DNA of 64,000 nt from Nanobdellota archaeon (GTDB lineage: Archaea > Nanobdellota > Nanobdellia > Pacearchaeales > GW2011-AR1), in assembly GCA_020430505.1 (NCBI GenBank), contig JAGQJT010000003.1, forward strand, positions 5,591 through 69,590. The letters run 5' to 3'. Below, one piece after another: positions 44,029-52,697 of the stretch (positions within the stretch are counted from its first letter, which is position 1; every line of letters begins with the position of its first letter). A model generated the notes under the pieces. The model was not told the DNA's origin. It did not search any database and saw nothing but the letters and a program-made list of their open reading frames with translations. The position numbers and the translations under genes are program-made.

Positions 44029-44889
44029 TTAATCTTTTAAGATTTTCGCGCCTCGTACCCCGAGAAAAGAATCCGAGTAGGAACGATCCCAGTTGCAGCT
44101 GAAGAGCGCCCCGCCAAAGTAGGCGGAAGACCTCGCAACTGAATTATTATCTTTATCAGGAGCCAAATAATGAAAATCTCCTTCTTTAACAGAAGTTTTT
44201 GGAAGACCTTGTTTTGTGGTGTCCCCTAAGTTATCATTTAAATTGATTCCAGGATCTTTATCTTCTAAAAGAGTGTTTCTAACAAGTAATTGTTTGTTTT
44301 GTGGAATTAATTCCCCGTTTTTTAAATCATGATTAAAATGAATGTAAAGTTTATTGTCTTTGAACCTGAAATCTGCATCATGCCACTCTGCTCTCCAAGG
44401 AGATTGAACTTTAATTATGTCATCTCTGATTTTACTTAGATAATTTTGTCCTAATTTGGTTCCCTTAACATTATAAACATTAATTTTTCCTTCTGCCCCT
44501 TGATTAATCAAGTCTAGAAAAGTAAAATGCTCTAAAGGATTTGTTGTTTTATTTCCAAGCATTAAATTTAATTTCAATGCTTTTTCCCAATTGATATCTC
44601 CAACAAAACCTCTACCCAAAGCATCTTTTGAAGTGTTTCTTAAAGTTAAACCCAATTTTTTTCCAACTTCCCCAACAGCAGAATTGTAAGCAATTCTTCC
44701 TAGAGAAACAGCAAAATCATAATTCATTTTAGAAAATTCTTGAGGCACTCTAATCCAATTTTTGTTATCTAATTCGGCTATTTGCTCAATTTTTGATTCT
44801 CCCTTTTGATATTTTATATTAAGAACATCTGCTATCTTAGATAAAATAGAGTAATTTTTTTCGCTCAACCCAATTAAATCTGGTGCCAT
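44029..44889 (-). CDS. hypothetical protein, possibly a formylglycine-generating-enzyme-like (C-type lectin) fold
   Basis: Weak by-eye resemblance of INWEKALKLNLMLGNKTTNPLEHFTF and the C-terminal ...GGALFSCNWDRSYSDSFLGVRGA to FGE/SUMF1 motifs. The 3' end is locally GC-rich. Confidence 0.4.
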   Translation of the reverse strand: MAPDLIGLSEKNYSILSKIADVLNIKYQKGESKIEQIAELDNKNWIRVPQEFSKMNYDFAVSLGRIAYNSAVGEVGKKLGLTLRNTSKDALGRGFVGDINWEKALKLNLMLGNKTTNPLEHFTFLDLINQGAEGKINVYNVKGTKLGQNYLSKIRDDIIKVQSPWRAEWHDADFRFKDNKLYIHFNHDLKNGELIPQNKQLLVRNTLLEDKDPGINLNDNLGDTTKQGLPKTSVKEGDFHYLAPDKDNNSVARSSAYFGGALFSCNWDRSYSDSFLGVRGAKILKD

Positions 44890-44960
44890 AAAAAAGAAGA
44901 GAAATTCAATTATTTAAATCTTTCTATCTTGTTACTTCTTAATAATTACAAAATTAAAAG

Positions 44961-45032
44961 TGGTCCCAAGCAGAATCGAACTGCTGTCTACGCGGTGTAA
45001 ACGCGTTGTCTTAACCACTGGACTATGGGACC
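44961..45032 (-). tRNA. tRNA-Val (anticodon UAC)
   Basis: The reverse complement GGTCCCATAGTCCAGTGGTTAAGACAACGCGTTTACACCGCGTAGACAGCAGTTCGATTCTGCTTGGGACCA folds as a cloverleaf. Anticodon loop is TTTACAC. Confidence 0.9.
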
Positions 45033-45081
45033 AATAGAAAAATTAGAATTTAGTGAGTTAAAAATCTTTTGATTTAGAAAA

Positions 45082-45153
45082 TGCGCGAGCCGGGATTCGA
45101 ACCCGGGTCACTTCGTTGGCAACGAAATATACTAACCACTGTACTACTCACGC
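45082..45153 (-). tRNA. tRNA-Gly (anticodon GCC)
   Basis: The reverse complement GCGTGAGTAGTACAGTGGTTAGTATATTTCGTTGCCAACGAAGTGACCCGGGTTCGAATCCCGGCTCGCGCA folds as a cloverleaf. Anticodon loop is TTGCCAA. Confidence 0.9.
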
Positions 45154-45224
45154 TTCAAATTATCTGATACTCCTACATTTAAAAGATTTTTTAAATTACT
45201 TTTTCTTACAAACATTAAGAAAAG

Positions 45225-46082
45225 ATGGTGTATATTCCAATTTTAGCGGGTTTGGCTTTAGCCACAGGAACAATAATAGAAAAACTTGTTCTCATGAAAA
45301 GAAAAATAAGTGCTGAATTCTACGAAACAATTGGTTTTTTCGCTTTAATTCTTGTAATGACCCCATTTATTTTCTTCTTTTGGAAAATGGATTCTCAAGC
45401 ATTGGCTTTTCATAATATAATAATTTTCTCCATAATAGTTATTCTTGCTGTTCTTGCTAATTATTTCACTTTTAAGGCCATGAAAAAAGGAAAGCTTTCA
45501 AAAATAGAGCCTGTTAAAGTCACTGAACCTCTTTTCACAATAATTCTTGCAGTAATTTTCGGTTTATTTTTTACAAAAGGAATATTCAGTAGCAATCCAA
45601 GAATAATCATTCCAGCAATAATAGGAGGAATTGCTTTAATCTTTCCACATATAAAAAAACATCACTTAGAATTCAATAGAAATTTCAGATTAGTTCTTCT
45701 AGGAAGTTTTCTTTTTGCTTTAGAACTTGTAGTTTCGAGATTGATTTTAGATTACTACAATGGTTTAACATTTTATTTTTTGAGATGTAGTTTCGTATTC
45801 ATAATTAGTCTAATTGTTTTTAGGCCAAAAATAAGAGGCAAACTTAATAAAAAAATCTCTTTCCACATACTGATTGCGAGCATAATATGGATAGGATATA
45901 GATTACTTCTTTATTATGGATATGAACGATTAGGAGTTATAGAAACAAGTCTAATGGTTATGCTTGGACCGGTATTCATTTACATATTTGCATGGAAATT
46001 TCTTCATGATAAACCAACATGGAAGAATTTATTAGCTTCCGTGGTTATACTCCTTTGCATAGTGTTCACAACTTTATTTTAA
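45225..46082 (+). CDS. EamA/DMT-superfamily-like transporter
   Basis: 285 aa with ~10 hydrophobic helices in two halves. Assigned by topology only. Confidence 0.6.
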   Translation: MVYIPILAGLALATGTIIEKLVLMKRKISAEFYETIGFFALILVMTPFIFFFWKMDSQALAFHNIIIFSIIVILAVLANYFTFKAMKKGKLSKIEPVKVTEPLFTIILAVIFGLFFTKGIFSSNPRIIIPAIIGGIALIFPHIKKHHLEFNRNFRLVLLGSFLFALELVVSRLILDYYNGLTFYFLRCSFVFIISLIVFRPKIRGKLNKKISFHILIASIIWIGYRLLLYYGYERLGVIETSLMVMLGPVFIYIFAWKFLHDKPTWKNLLASVVILLCIVFTTLF

Positions 46083-46083
46083 A

Positions 46084-48603
46084 ATGGTAAAAGAAGGTCT
46101 AACCAACCTAGAAGCAAAAAAAAGACTTAAAAAATTTGGTAGAAATGAATTAGAAAAAAGGGGCAAAGCGAACCCCACAAAAATTTTTATTTCTCAATTC
46201 AAATCGCCATTAATAATCATCTTAGTTGTTGCCGCATTAGTTTCTTTTTCTGTAGGGTTTCTTCCAAATCAAGACCCACATACAATTGATACAGTTCTAA
46301 TTCTTGTAATTGTGTTGGCTTCCGGGATTTCGGGTTTTATGCAGGATTATAAAGCAGAAAAAACGATAGAAGCTTTGCAAAAAATAGCAACTCCAAAATC
46401 AAAAGTAATCAGAGATGGAATAGAACTAAAGATAGACATAACTGAAATTGTCCCTGGAGATTTAGTTATTTTAGAGGAAGGAGATGTGATTCCTGCAGAC
46501 TGTAGAATCATCCAATTATTTAATATGGAAGTTGATGAATCCACTTTATCTGGAGAATCAAGTGCTGTTTCAAAAAAATTAAATGATGAAGTATTCAAAG
46601 GAACATTTGTTAGTTCCGGAAATGCACAAGCACTTGTCCTCAAAACAGGAATGAAAACTAAAATTGGACAAATCGCAGACAAGCTCCAAGATATAAAAGA
46701 TGAAAGGACATCCTTTCAAGAAGAAATCTCAAAAATAAGCAAGAAAACTATTTATGTAATCTCAGGAATAATTGCAATAATTTTTATAATAGCCTTAATA
46801 AAATACAATATCTATCGTTCACTTTTGATGTCCATTTCTTTGGCTGTTGCAGCAATCCCAGAGGGTTTGCCAGCAGTTTTAGTTTTAGTTTTGGCCATTG
46901 GAGGAAAAGTTATGGCAAGCAAAAATGCCCTGGTTAGGAAACTCAATGTTGTTGAATCAATTGGGGCCGTAGATATAATCTGCACTGATAAGACAGGAAC
47001 TTTAACAAAAAATGAAATGGAAGTAACAAAAATTTTCTCAGAAAACCAAACTTTTGATTTAAAAAATATCTCAAAACAAGACGTTGAAAAAATAAAGCAA
47101 ATTCTTTTGATAGGAAAATTGTGCAATAATAGTAAGATTTCATATAATGAAAATAAAGAAAAGATGTACTTCGGGGATCAAACAGAAATAGCTTTAAAAA
47201 AAGTTTCAGAAAGATTTTTGAAAGACGAAAAAGGCTTCGAAAAAATTCAAGAAATTTCATTTGATTCAAAGAGAAAGATGATGACTTCTGTTTATAAAAA
47301 AGGTTCAAAAGTGTATCTTTTTTCAAAAGGAGCTCCAGAAGTTCTAGTATCAAAGTGCAATAAAATTTACATAAATGGAAAAGTTAGGGCAATAAGGCCT
47401 TCTGAAAGGAAGGAAATATTGAAAAAAAATAATGAATTTGCATCTCAAGCATTAAGAGTTCTTGGATTTGCATTTAGGGAAACTTCAGAAAAAGATTATC
47501 GTGAATCAGATTTAGTTTGGGTTGGCTTACAAGCAATGATTGACCCCCCTAGAAAAGAAGTTGCACAGGCAATAAAAGATTGTTCAACTGCAGGGATAAG
47601 AGTAATAATGGTTACTGGAGATAACCCTCAAACAGCGAAAGCAATAGGAAAAGAAATTGGTTTAGATAACAAGTTTGTAATAACTGGAGACCAAATAGAA
47701 AAAATGTCTGATTCTGATCTAAAGAAAAAACTAAAAGAAGTTTCAATTTTTGCTAGAACTTCCCCATTTCATAAACTAAGAATTCTTAAAATATTGAAAA
47801 AAGAATCGAGGGTTGCAATGACCGGAGATGGAGTCAACGATGCACTGGCTCTAAAAAAAGCAGATGTTGGAATCTCCATGGGTATTAGGGGAACAGATGT
47901 GGCTAAACAGGCAAGTGATATAATCCTCTTAGATGATAATTTTGTCACAATTGTTGATGCTGTGAGAGAAGGAAGAAGATCTTTTGATAACATAAGGAAA
48001 TTCATAAACTATCTTTTTGTTTGTAATCTCGCCGAAGTGGGAGTTTTGTTTTTTGCAACTTTATTTTTGACTTTGAAAGAACCAATCCTTTTGCCAATCC
48101 AAATTCTTTGGATAAATCTTCTAACAGATGGAATGCCAGCTTTAGCACTTGGATTAGATCCAGCAAGGCCCAATATAATGAACGAAAGACCAAGGAAAAA
48201 GAACGAACCAATAATAAACAGACAACTCGCTTGGATTATAGGAATTATTGGATTTAAAAAAATATTAATTTTGCTAGCAACATTTTTCATAATAAGAATG
48301 ATTGGAGGAATTGAGCAAGCAAGAACTGCTTTATTCACAGGATTCATATTGTATGAGTTTGTAAGAATTGGTTCAATCCGTTCACAAGAAAAATTAGGTT
48401 GGTGGGATAACAAATGGCTTCTTCTCGCACTAGGAATCTCTTTAATACTTCAATTTATAGTTGTTTACACTCCTTTGAAAAACTTATTCCACATAGCCCC
48501 TCTTGGGTTATATGCTTGGGTAGTCTTAACAATAGGAGTCTTAATAGCTTATTTTGTAGCAATTTGGGTGACAAAGATAATCGTAAAGAGGATACCGAAC
48601 TAA
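46084..48603 (+). CDS. cation-transporting P-type ATPase (P2/Ca2+-type)
   Basis: ICTDKTGTLT phosphorylation site, TGDNPQTA and MTGDGVNDALALKKADVGISMG. 839 aa. Confidence 0.93.
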   Translation: MVKEGLTNLEAKKRLKKFGRNELEKRGKANPTKIFISQFKSPLIIILVVAALVSFSVGFLPNQDPHTIDTVLILVIVLASGISGFMQDYKAEKTIEALQKIATPKSKVIRDGIELKIDITEIVPGDLVILEEGDVIPADCRIIQLFNMEVDESTLSGESSAVSKKLNDEVFKGTFVSSGNAQALVLKTGMKTKIGQIADKLQDIKDERTSFQEEISKISKKTIYVISGIIAIIFIIALIKYNIYRSLLMSISLAVAAIPEGLPAVLVLVLAIGGKVMASKNALVRKLNVVESIGAVDIICTDKTGTLTKNEMEVTKIFSENQTFDLKNISKQDVEKIKQILLIGKLCNNSKISYNENKEKMYFGDQTEIALKKVSERFLKDEKGFEKIQEISFDSKRKMMTSVYKKGSKVYLFSKGAPEVLVSKCNKIYINGKVRAIRPSERKEILKKNNEFASQALRVLGFAFRETSEKDYRESDLVWVGLQAMIDPPRKEVAQAIKDCSTAGIRVIMVTGDNPQTAKAIGKEIGLDNKFVITGDQIEKMSDSDLKKKLKEVSIFARTSPFHKLRILKILKKESRVAMTGDGVNDALALKKADVGISMGIRGTDVAKQASDIILLDDNFVTIVDAVREGRRSFDNIRKFINYLFVCNLAEVGVLFFATLFLTLKEPILLPIQILWINLLTDGMPALALGLDPARPNIMNERPRKKNEPIINRQLAWIIGIIGFKKILILLATFFIIRMIGGIEQARTALFTGFILYEFVRIGSIRSQEKLGWWDNKWLLLALGISLILQFIVVYTPLKNLFHIAPLGLYAWVVLTIGVLIAYFVAIWVTKIIVKRIPN

Positions 48604-49343
48604 TGTTATACGACATCCATGCCCACTTAGATTACTTCAAAGATGAAGAAATAGAAGAATTAGTAAAAAATGCGGAAAAAGCGAATCTAAGAATAATAAT
48701 TGGAAATTCCACTGATTTGGAATCTTGTAAAAAATCACTTGAGATTTCAAAGAAATACAAAATAGTAAAATTTGCAGCAGGCCTTTATCCGAATCCAAAA
48801 CTAACAAAGAAAAACTTAGAGGAATTTGAAGATTTTGTTCTAAAAAATAAAAAAGAAATTGTTGCTATTGGTGAAATTGGAATGGATTTTAAAGAATTTC
48901 CTTTATCTTCAAAAAACAATCAGAAAAAAGTTTTTGAGTTTCAATTAAAACTTGCTCAAAAGCTAAGCATTCCAATAATAATTCATTCAAGGAAAGCAGA
49001 AAAAGAAGTTATTGAAATTCTTAAGAATTATCCAAAAGTGAAAAAAATAATGCATTGCTTTTCTGCAAAATTCAAATTAATTAGAGAAGCAAATGAAATT
49101 GGTTGTTATTTTTCAATTCCTCCAAACGTTGTAAGAAGTGAGCATTTCCAAAAAATGGTTAAAGAACTTCCAAAAGAAAAAATGCTATTGGAAACAGATT
49201 CCCCTTATCTTTCTCCTTTTCCAGGAAAACAAAATCAACCGGCTTATGCTTTTGAGACTGTAAAAATGATTTCTCTACTTTGGAAAATGCCAGTAGAAGG
49301 AGTTGAAAAGATTTTATGGGAGAATTATGAGAGAGTTTTCTAA
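48603..49343 (+). CDS. tatD: TatD family metal-dependent hydrolase
   Basis: MLYDIHAHLDYF, GEIGMD, IIHSR and ETDSPYL motifs. The ATG overlaps the ATPase stop (TAATG); the upstream part of the track ORF is an out-of-frame overlap with the ATPase gene. Confidence 0.88.
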   Translation: MLYDIHAHLDYFKDEEIEELVKNAEKANLRIIIGNSTDLESCKKSLEISKKYKIVKFAAGLYPNPKLTKKNLEEFEDFVLKNKKEIVAIGEIGMDFKEFPLSSKNNQKKVFEFQLKLAQKLSIPIIIHSRKAEKEVIEILKNYPKVKKIMHCFSAKFKLIREANEIGCYFSIPPNVVRSEHFQKMVKELPKEKMLLETDSPYLSPFPGKQNQPAYAFETVKMISLLWKMPVEGVEKILWENYERVF

Positions 49344-49617
49344 TTCAGAGATAAAAGAAAATTAAATATAATCGCTGTTAGTTCTCCTTTAGCTTTTCCA
49401 ATACTAAAGCAAAGAAAAATGGAACAAAGTGAAATGATTTTCTGTTAAGAAAATTTCTGCAGAGTTTGATTTGCAAACTAAAAAACTTTAATATAACAAA
49501 TCAAATTGAAACTAAGCAGTGTTATATTCTTACGTTAGTAATTCGAGTTGTTCAGTGATTTGTTTGAGAAAGTTTTCGACTTCAGATATTGAAAATTGAA
49601 TATAATCCTTGTTAAAT

Positions 49618-49714
49618 GAGGGTGAGCGTAGCGAAAGGCTGCAAGCCGTCCCCGAGGATTTGCGAAGCAAACCGCAGAGTTGAAACTTAGTCCGTACAAG
49701 TGCGAAGCACCTTC
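49618..49714 (+). ncRNA. GC-rich hairpin island, candidate small structured RNA (strand uncertain)
   Basis: ~50% GC island in an AT-rich spacer. Hairpins GGCTgcaAGCC (49637..49647), GGATTTGCgaaGCAAACC (49655..49673) and GTGCgaaGCAC (49700..49710). It starts ~8 nt after an ATAATCCTTG promoter-like motif. Confidence 0.25.
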
Positions 49715-49742
49715 AAATAATACATGAAAGGGCAAAATTAAC
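49680..49742. repeat. left arm of nested inverted repeats flanking the hydrolase gene
   Basis: TTGAAACTTAGTCC (49680..49693) and GGGCAAAATTAAC (49730..49742) are perfect reverse complements of 50553..50566 and 50526..50538. Confidence 0.85.
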
Positions 49743-50490
49743 GTTCTAAATGTTTGAGAAACCATTCATTACTTAATTCTACAAGTTTGTTAACATGCTC
49801 TGTAAAATCATGATCTGCATTTTCAACAATTTCTAATTGTGACTCTTTTGATAATTGCTTCAAAGCATTCTTTGAATCTTCAATAGGAATACTGGTATCT
49901 TTAGTTCCTTGAATTATTAAAACTGGACAAGAAATTTCTTTTAGTAACTCTTTTTGATTAACAGAGTCTCTGTCTGTTAACATTTGTTTATCGATGTGAT
50001 ATATTTCTCGAATTGCATTTTTTCTCGTTCTAGTAAAATATCCTTTTTCTGTCAATTCTTCAAGTTGTTCTTTAGAAAGTTTATCTTCCCATCGATATCT
50101 TACTTTATTGGTTACTGGGGACCATAAAACAATGGTTTTAATTTCAGGATTATATGCGTATAAAGATACTAATGCTCCTGTGCTATGTCCGAACAAAGCA
50201 ATATTTTCAAATCCTTTAGATTTTACAAAATTGATTGCTGATTTTAGGTCTTCAACTTCTTTTCCGATTGTTAATGTATCGTCATCACTTTCTCCACAGC
50301 CACTAAAATCAAAAGCTAACGTATTAAATCCTGATTCGTTTAATTTATTTGCAACTGCATCTAATTTACCGCGTTCAGATTTGTCATTTGCTAAAGCGTG
50401 GGATAAAATGATGATTGATTTTGATTGAGAAGTTTGAAGATTACCTACTAAAGATAGATTTCTAGAATTTTTGAAAATAACCTTTTCCAT
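49738..50490 (-). CDS. alpha/beta hydrolase
   Basis: Nucleophile elbow GHSTGA, an acid/His region (...GTKDTSIP..., NADHDF) and an SHALANDKSE-type oxyanion region. Confidence 0.8.
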   Translation of the reverse strand: MEKVIFKNSRNLSLVGNLQTSQSKSIIILSHALANDKSERGKLDAVANKLNESGFNTLAFDFSGCGESDDDTLTIGKEVEDLKSAINFVKSKGFENIALFGHSTGALVSLYAYNPEIKTIVLWSPVTNKVRYRWEDKLSKEQLEELTEKGYFTRTRKNAIREIYHIDKQMLTDRDSVNQKELLKEISCPVLIIQGTKDTSIPIEDSKNALKQLSKESQLEIVENADHDFTEHVNKLVELSNEWFLKHLER

Positions 50491-50525
50491 ACTAAAATAG
50501 AATTACTTAGAATATATAAAGTTAA

Positions 50526-50566
50526 GTTAATTTTGCCCCTTAGAAAGAAAAAGGACTAAGTTTCAA
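50526..50566. repeat. right arm of nested inverted repeats flanking the hydrolase gene
   Basis: GTTAATTTTGCCC (50526..50538) and GGACTAAGTTTCAA (50553..50566). See the left arm. Confidence 0.85.
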
Positions 50567-50590
50567 TTTCATTTAATCCTTGTTAAGTGA

Positions 50591-50641
50591 CCCGAACGAA
50601 ACGAAGTGGAGTGAGAGCGCAGCGTGGCTTGAGTAATTTTT
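50591..50641 (+). ncRNA. second GC-rich island, candidate small RNA or 3'-UTR element (strand uncertain)
   Basis: CCCGAACGAAACGAAGTGGAGTGAGAGCGCAGCGTGGCTTGAGTAATTTTT. It is preceded by TTAATCCTTGTTAAGTGA (compare ATAATCCTTGTTAAATGA at 49602) and ends in a T5 run. Confidence 0.2.
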
Positions 50642-51008
50642 AGGGCGTTGTAATGTAAGCCAGTAAACAGAAGATTGTTATTAGAGCAGATGAAATATGC
50701 CATTCAGAATCATCTTTCTTTTTGATAAAGAAAAAATAAAATCCAACAAATACAAAAAGTAGTGCTAGATAGAAATATGGAAATCTAAAGTTTGCTAAAT
50801 AACATAAGTATAAGTTGTAAGCAATTAATGAATATGCAAATATTCTGTCAGCAATTCCAAACTTTTTTTCTTCAGAATAATGATAAATCGAAGAGAATAT
50901 CATAACAGAGAGTATTAATGCTGAATGGAAAAAAAGTTGTTGATACAAAGCAATAACTAAAGGAATTGCGAAAAAGAAATTGCTCCAAACTTTAGATTTC
51001 AATTGCAT
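50640..51008 (-). CDS. hypothetical membrane protein
   Basis: 122 aa with four hydrophobic helices. Confidence 0.45.
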   Translation of the reverse strand: MQLKSKVWSNFFFAIPLVIALYQQLFFHSALILSVMIFSSIYHYSEEKKFGIADRIFAYSLIAYNLYLCYLANFRFPYFYLALLFVFVGFYFFFIKKKDDSEWHISSALITIFCLLAYITTP

Positions 51009-51163
51009 AGTATTTATTTTTTCTTTATAGATTATAAATCTTCTGTTAGCCCTAAAAATTATTTCACTTAACAGACTTTATATGCACTATTCAAATATTC
51101 TGCATATTAAGGTCTGAAAAGACCAATTTATTATTCAGTATTTGGAAATATTTTTAAATCTAA

Positions 51164-52261
51164 CTAAGGAATAATCTCAGGTCCAAAATATCTCTCATAC
51201 TCAAAATCTTCTTTCTTTAAATCTAAATTTTTTGTTTTTTCCTTAATTTCATTAATCAAATGCTTTATTGTATCGCAAATTAATTCATCTCCTTCTTTTG
51301 GCCAAAGCTTTGCATCTCTCCAATATAAACATCTTCCTCCACATATATCCTTAACTTCGCAAACATCACAGGCCTCATCTTCAATTTTAATATTTTTTTC
51401 AACGCCTTTTTCAACATCCCCACAATAAAAGTTTTTTACAGAGTTCATAATTGGACAAGCAGATAAATTCCCATTAGTGGTAATTGTGAAATTCCCATAA
51501 CCTGCTCCGCAAGGCAATCCTTTTTCTTCGTCCCAACTTCTAATTCTATTAAGAATCCCCAGAAATGGATAAATCTTCAAAACATTTCCTTTCTTAATTT
51601 CTTCAATCCAAAAATCCAAGAGTTTCGAAATAGAATCATTATAATTCTTAACAAATTCTTCAAATTTTTCTTTATCAAAATCAAACTTGTAAAACCCAGC
51701 GTCAATTTGCCAATGTATTGAATCAAACAAGCCCAAACCTAAAATAGCCATAACCTGTTCGTAGATGTCCGTATGGGGCGGTGTTACAACCATTCGAGCA
51801 ACAATTTCACCTTGGAAACCTTTTTCTCTTATTTTCTTTAAATTATCAATAATTTTATCATAATGAAAGGAACCCTTGTTTTCATTGTCTCTCGCCTTTG
51901 TCCCATCAACAGAAACAAGCATTTTACTTAACCTTCTTAAATATTTTTCAGGAATTTTATCTAAAAAAATCCCGTTTGTCTGGATATAAAACTTAACACT
52001 CTTTCCTTCAAGAGAATCCATAATTTCAATCATTTTATCAATTTTAACTAATGGCTCGCCGCCATAAAATATGAGAACATCCTCTTTTTTCAGTAATTTT
52101 TTAATCTTATCAATATCTACTTCATTATCAAATGGAGTTTCATTATCAAAATCCCATTTTTCTTCAAGTCCATTTTCAAATTCTTTCATAGACTTCTCAT
52201 AACAGTACTTGCATTTCAAATTACATCTTTCTGTTAAAATTATGTGGTAGTGCATAAGCAA
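51164..52261 (-). CDS. radical SAM enzyme with a C-terminal SPASM-type Cys cluster domain (peptide/protein-modifying type)
   Basis: CNLKCKYCY (CxxxCxxC) near the N-terminus. C-terminal CGAG...ACP...CGD...CDVCEVKDICGGRC. Confidence 0.85.
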   Translation of the reverse strand: MLMHYHIILTERCNLKCKYCYEKSMKEFENGLEEKWDFDNETPFDNEVDIDKIKKLLKKEDVLIFYGGEPLVKIDKMIEIMDSLEGKSVKFYIQTNGIFLDKIPEKYLRRLSKMLVSVDGTKARDNENKGSFHYDKIIDNLKKIREKGFQGEIVARMVVTPPHTDIYEQVMAILGLGLFDSIHWQIDAGFYKFDFDKEKFEEFVKNYNDSISKLLDFWIEEIKKGNVLKIYPFLGILNRIRSWDEEKGLPCGAGYGNFTITTNGNLSACPIMNSVKNFYCGDVEKGVEKNIKIEDEACDVCEVKDICGGRCLYWRDAKLWPKEGDELICDTIKHLINEIKEKTKNLDLKKEDFEYERYFGPEIIP

Positions 52262-52313
52262 AGAGAATTATCTTAGTATAAAAGCTTTTATAATAAAAAA
52301 ATTTTGACTCTTT

Positions 52314-52697
52314 ATGAAAACAAAGATTTTGGAAAGCAGCTACATAAGATTTTTATTTTCTGGAGGAATAGTCTTCATACTAGAATATGCTCTAACAATA
52401 TTTTTGACTGAATTATTGAAAATAAAACCTCATCTTTCATATGCTCTAGCGCTTTTCATAGAATCTTTATTCTTATTCCAATACCATAAAAAAATTACAT
52501 TCAAATTTAAATCTCAAGATAATAGAATAAAATTAAGATTTGGAATAATTTTTCTTTCTTCATATATTTTAAACTGGGGTTTAACTTACTTGCTTATAAA
52601 AAAACTAACTTATTTTGTGGCAATTCCCATAGTAACAACAATTTTATCCCCAATAATTTACTTTGCTTATAAAAAATTTGTTTTTACAAAGAATTAA
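52314..52697 (+). CDS. GtrA-like small membrane protein
   Basis: 127 aa, four TM helices, N-terminal RFLFSGGIVFILEY pattern. Confidence 0.65.
   Translation: MKTKILESSYIRFLFSGGIVFILEYALTIFLTELLKIKPHLSYALALFIESLFLFQYHKKITFKFKSQDNRIKLRFGIIFLSSYILNWGLTYLLIKKLTYFVAIPIVTTILSPIIYFAYKKFVFTKN

Noticed and set aside
32513-44889. I considered whether the orphan-rich region upstream of the tRNA-Val/tRNA-Gly pair is an integrated virus or plasmid.
   Set aside because: It contains essential ribosomal protein genes (uL16, eL33) and a tRNA methyltransferase. There is no integrase, capsid or terminase-like motif, and I could not find a direct repeat of the tRNA 3' end.
48414-48602. N-terminal 63-aa extension of the TatD track ORF overlapping the end of the P-type ATPase gene.
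   Set aside because: The extension is an out-of-frame read-through of the ATPase C-terminus. The conserved TatD N-terminus (MLYDIHAHLD) starts at the ATG overlapping the ATPase stop.
49677-49693. GAGTTGAAACTTAGTCC resembles the ...ATTGAAAC end typical of some CRISPR repeats.
   Set aside because: There are only two copies, in inverted orientation and 870 bp apart. There is no repeat-spacer periodicity and no cas genes in the window.
49535-49765. 76-aa minus-strand ORF across the GC-rich island left of the hydrolase gene. A 24-aa plus-strand peptide (MRVSVAKGCKPSPRICEANRRVET) was also considered as a radical-SAM substrate.
   Set aside because: The region is better explained by hairpins and inverted repeats. 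The ORFs have no Shine-Dalgarno or promoter logic and overlap the hydrolase stop. The peptide idea rests only on two Cys residues and 1.4 kb proximity.
50590-50641. CCGAACGAAACGAAGTGGAG...GCGCAGCG loosely resembles the 5S rRNA loop C/helix region (CCGAAC...GAAGTGAAAC...GTAGCG).
   Set aside because: I could not build helix I or the other 5S helices from the flanks. The GC-rich part is only ~50 nt, and the upstream half is AT-rich with no complementarity.
51100-51125. Hairpin GGTCTgaaaAGACC downstream of the radical SAM gene, considered as a terminator.
   Set aside because: It is a short 5-bp stem with no adjacent T-run on the relevant strand. Not distinguishable from chance.
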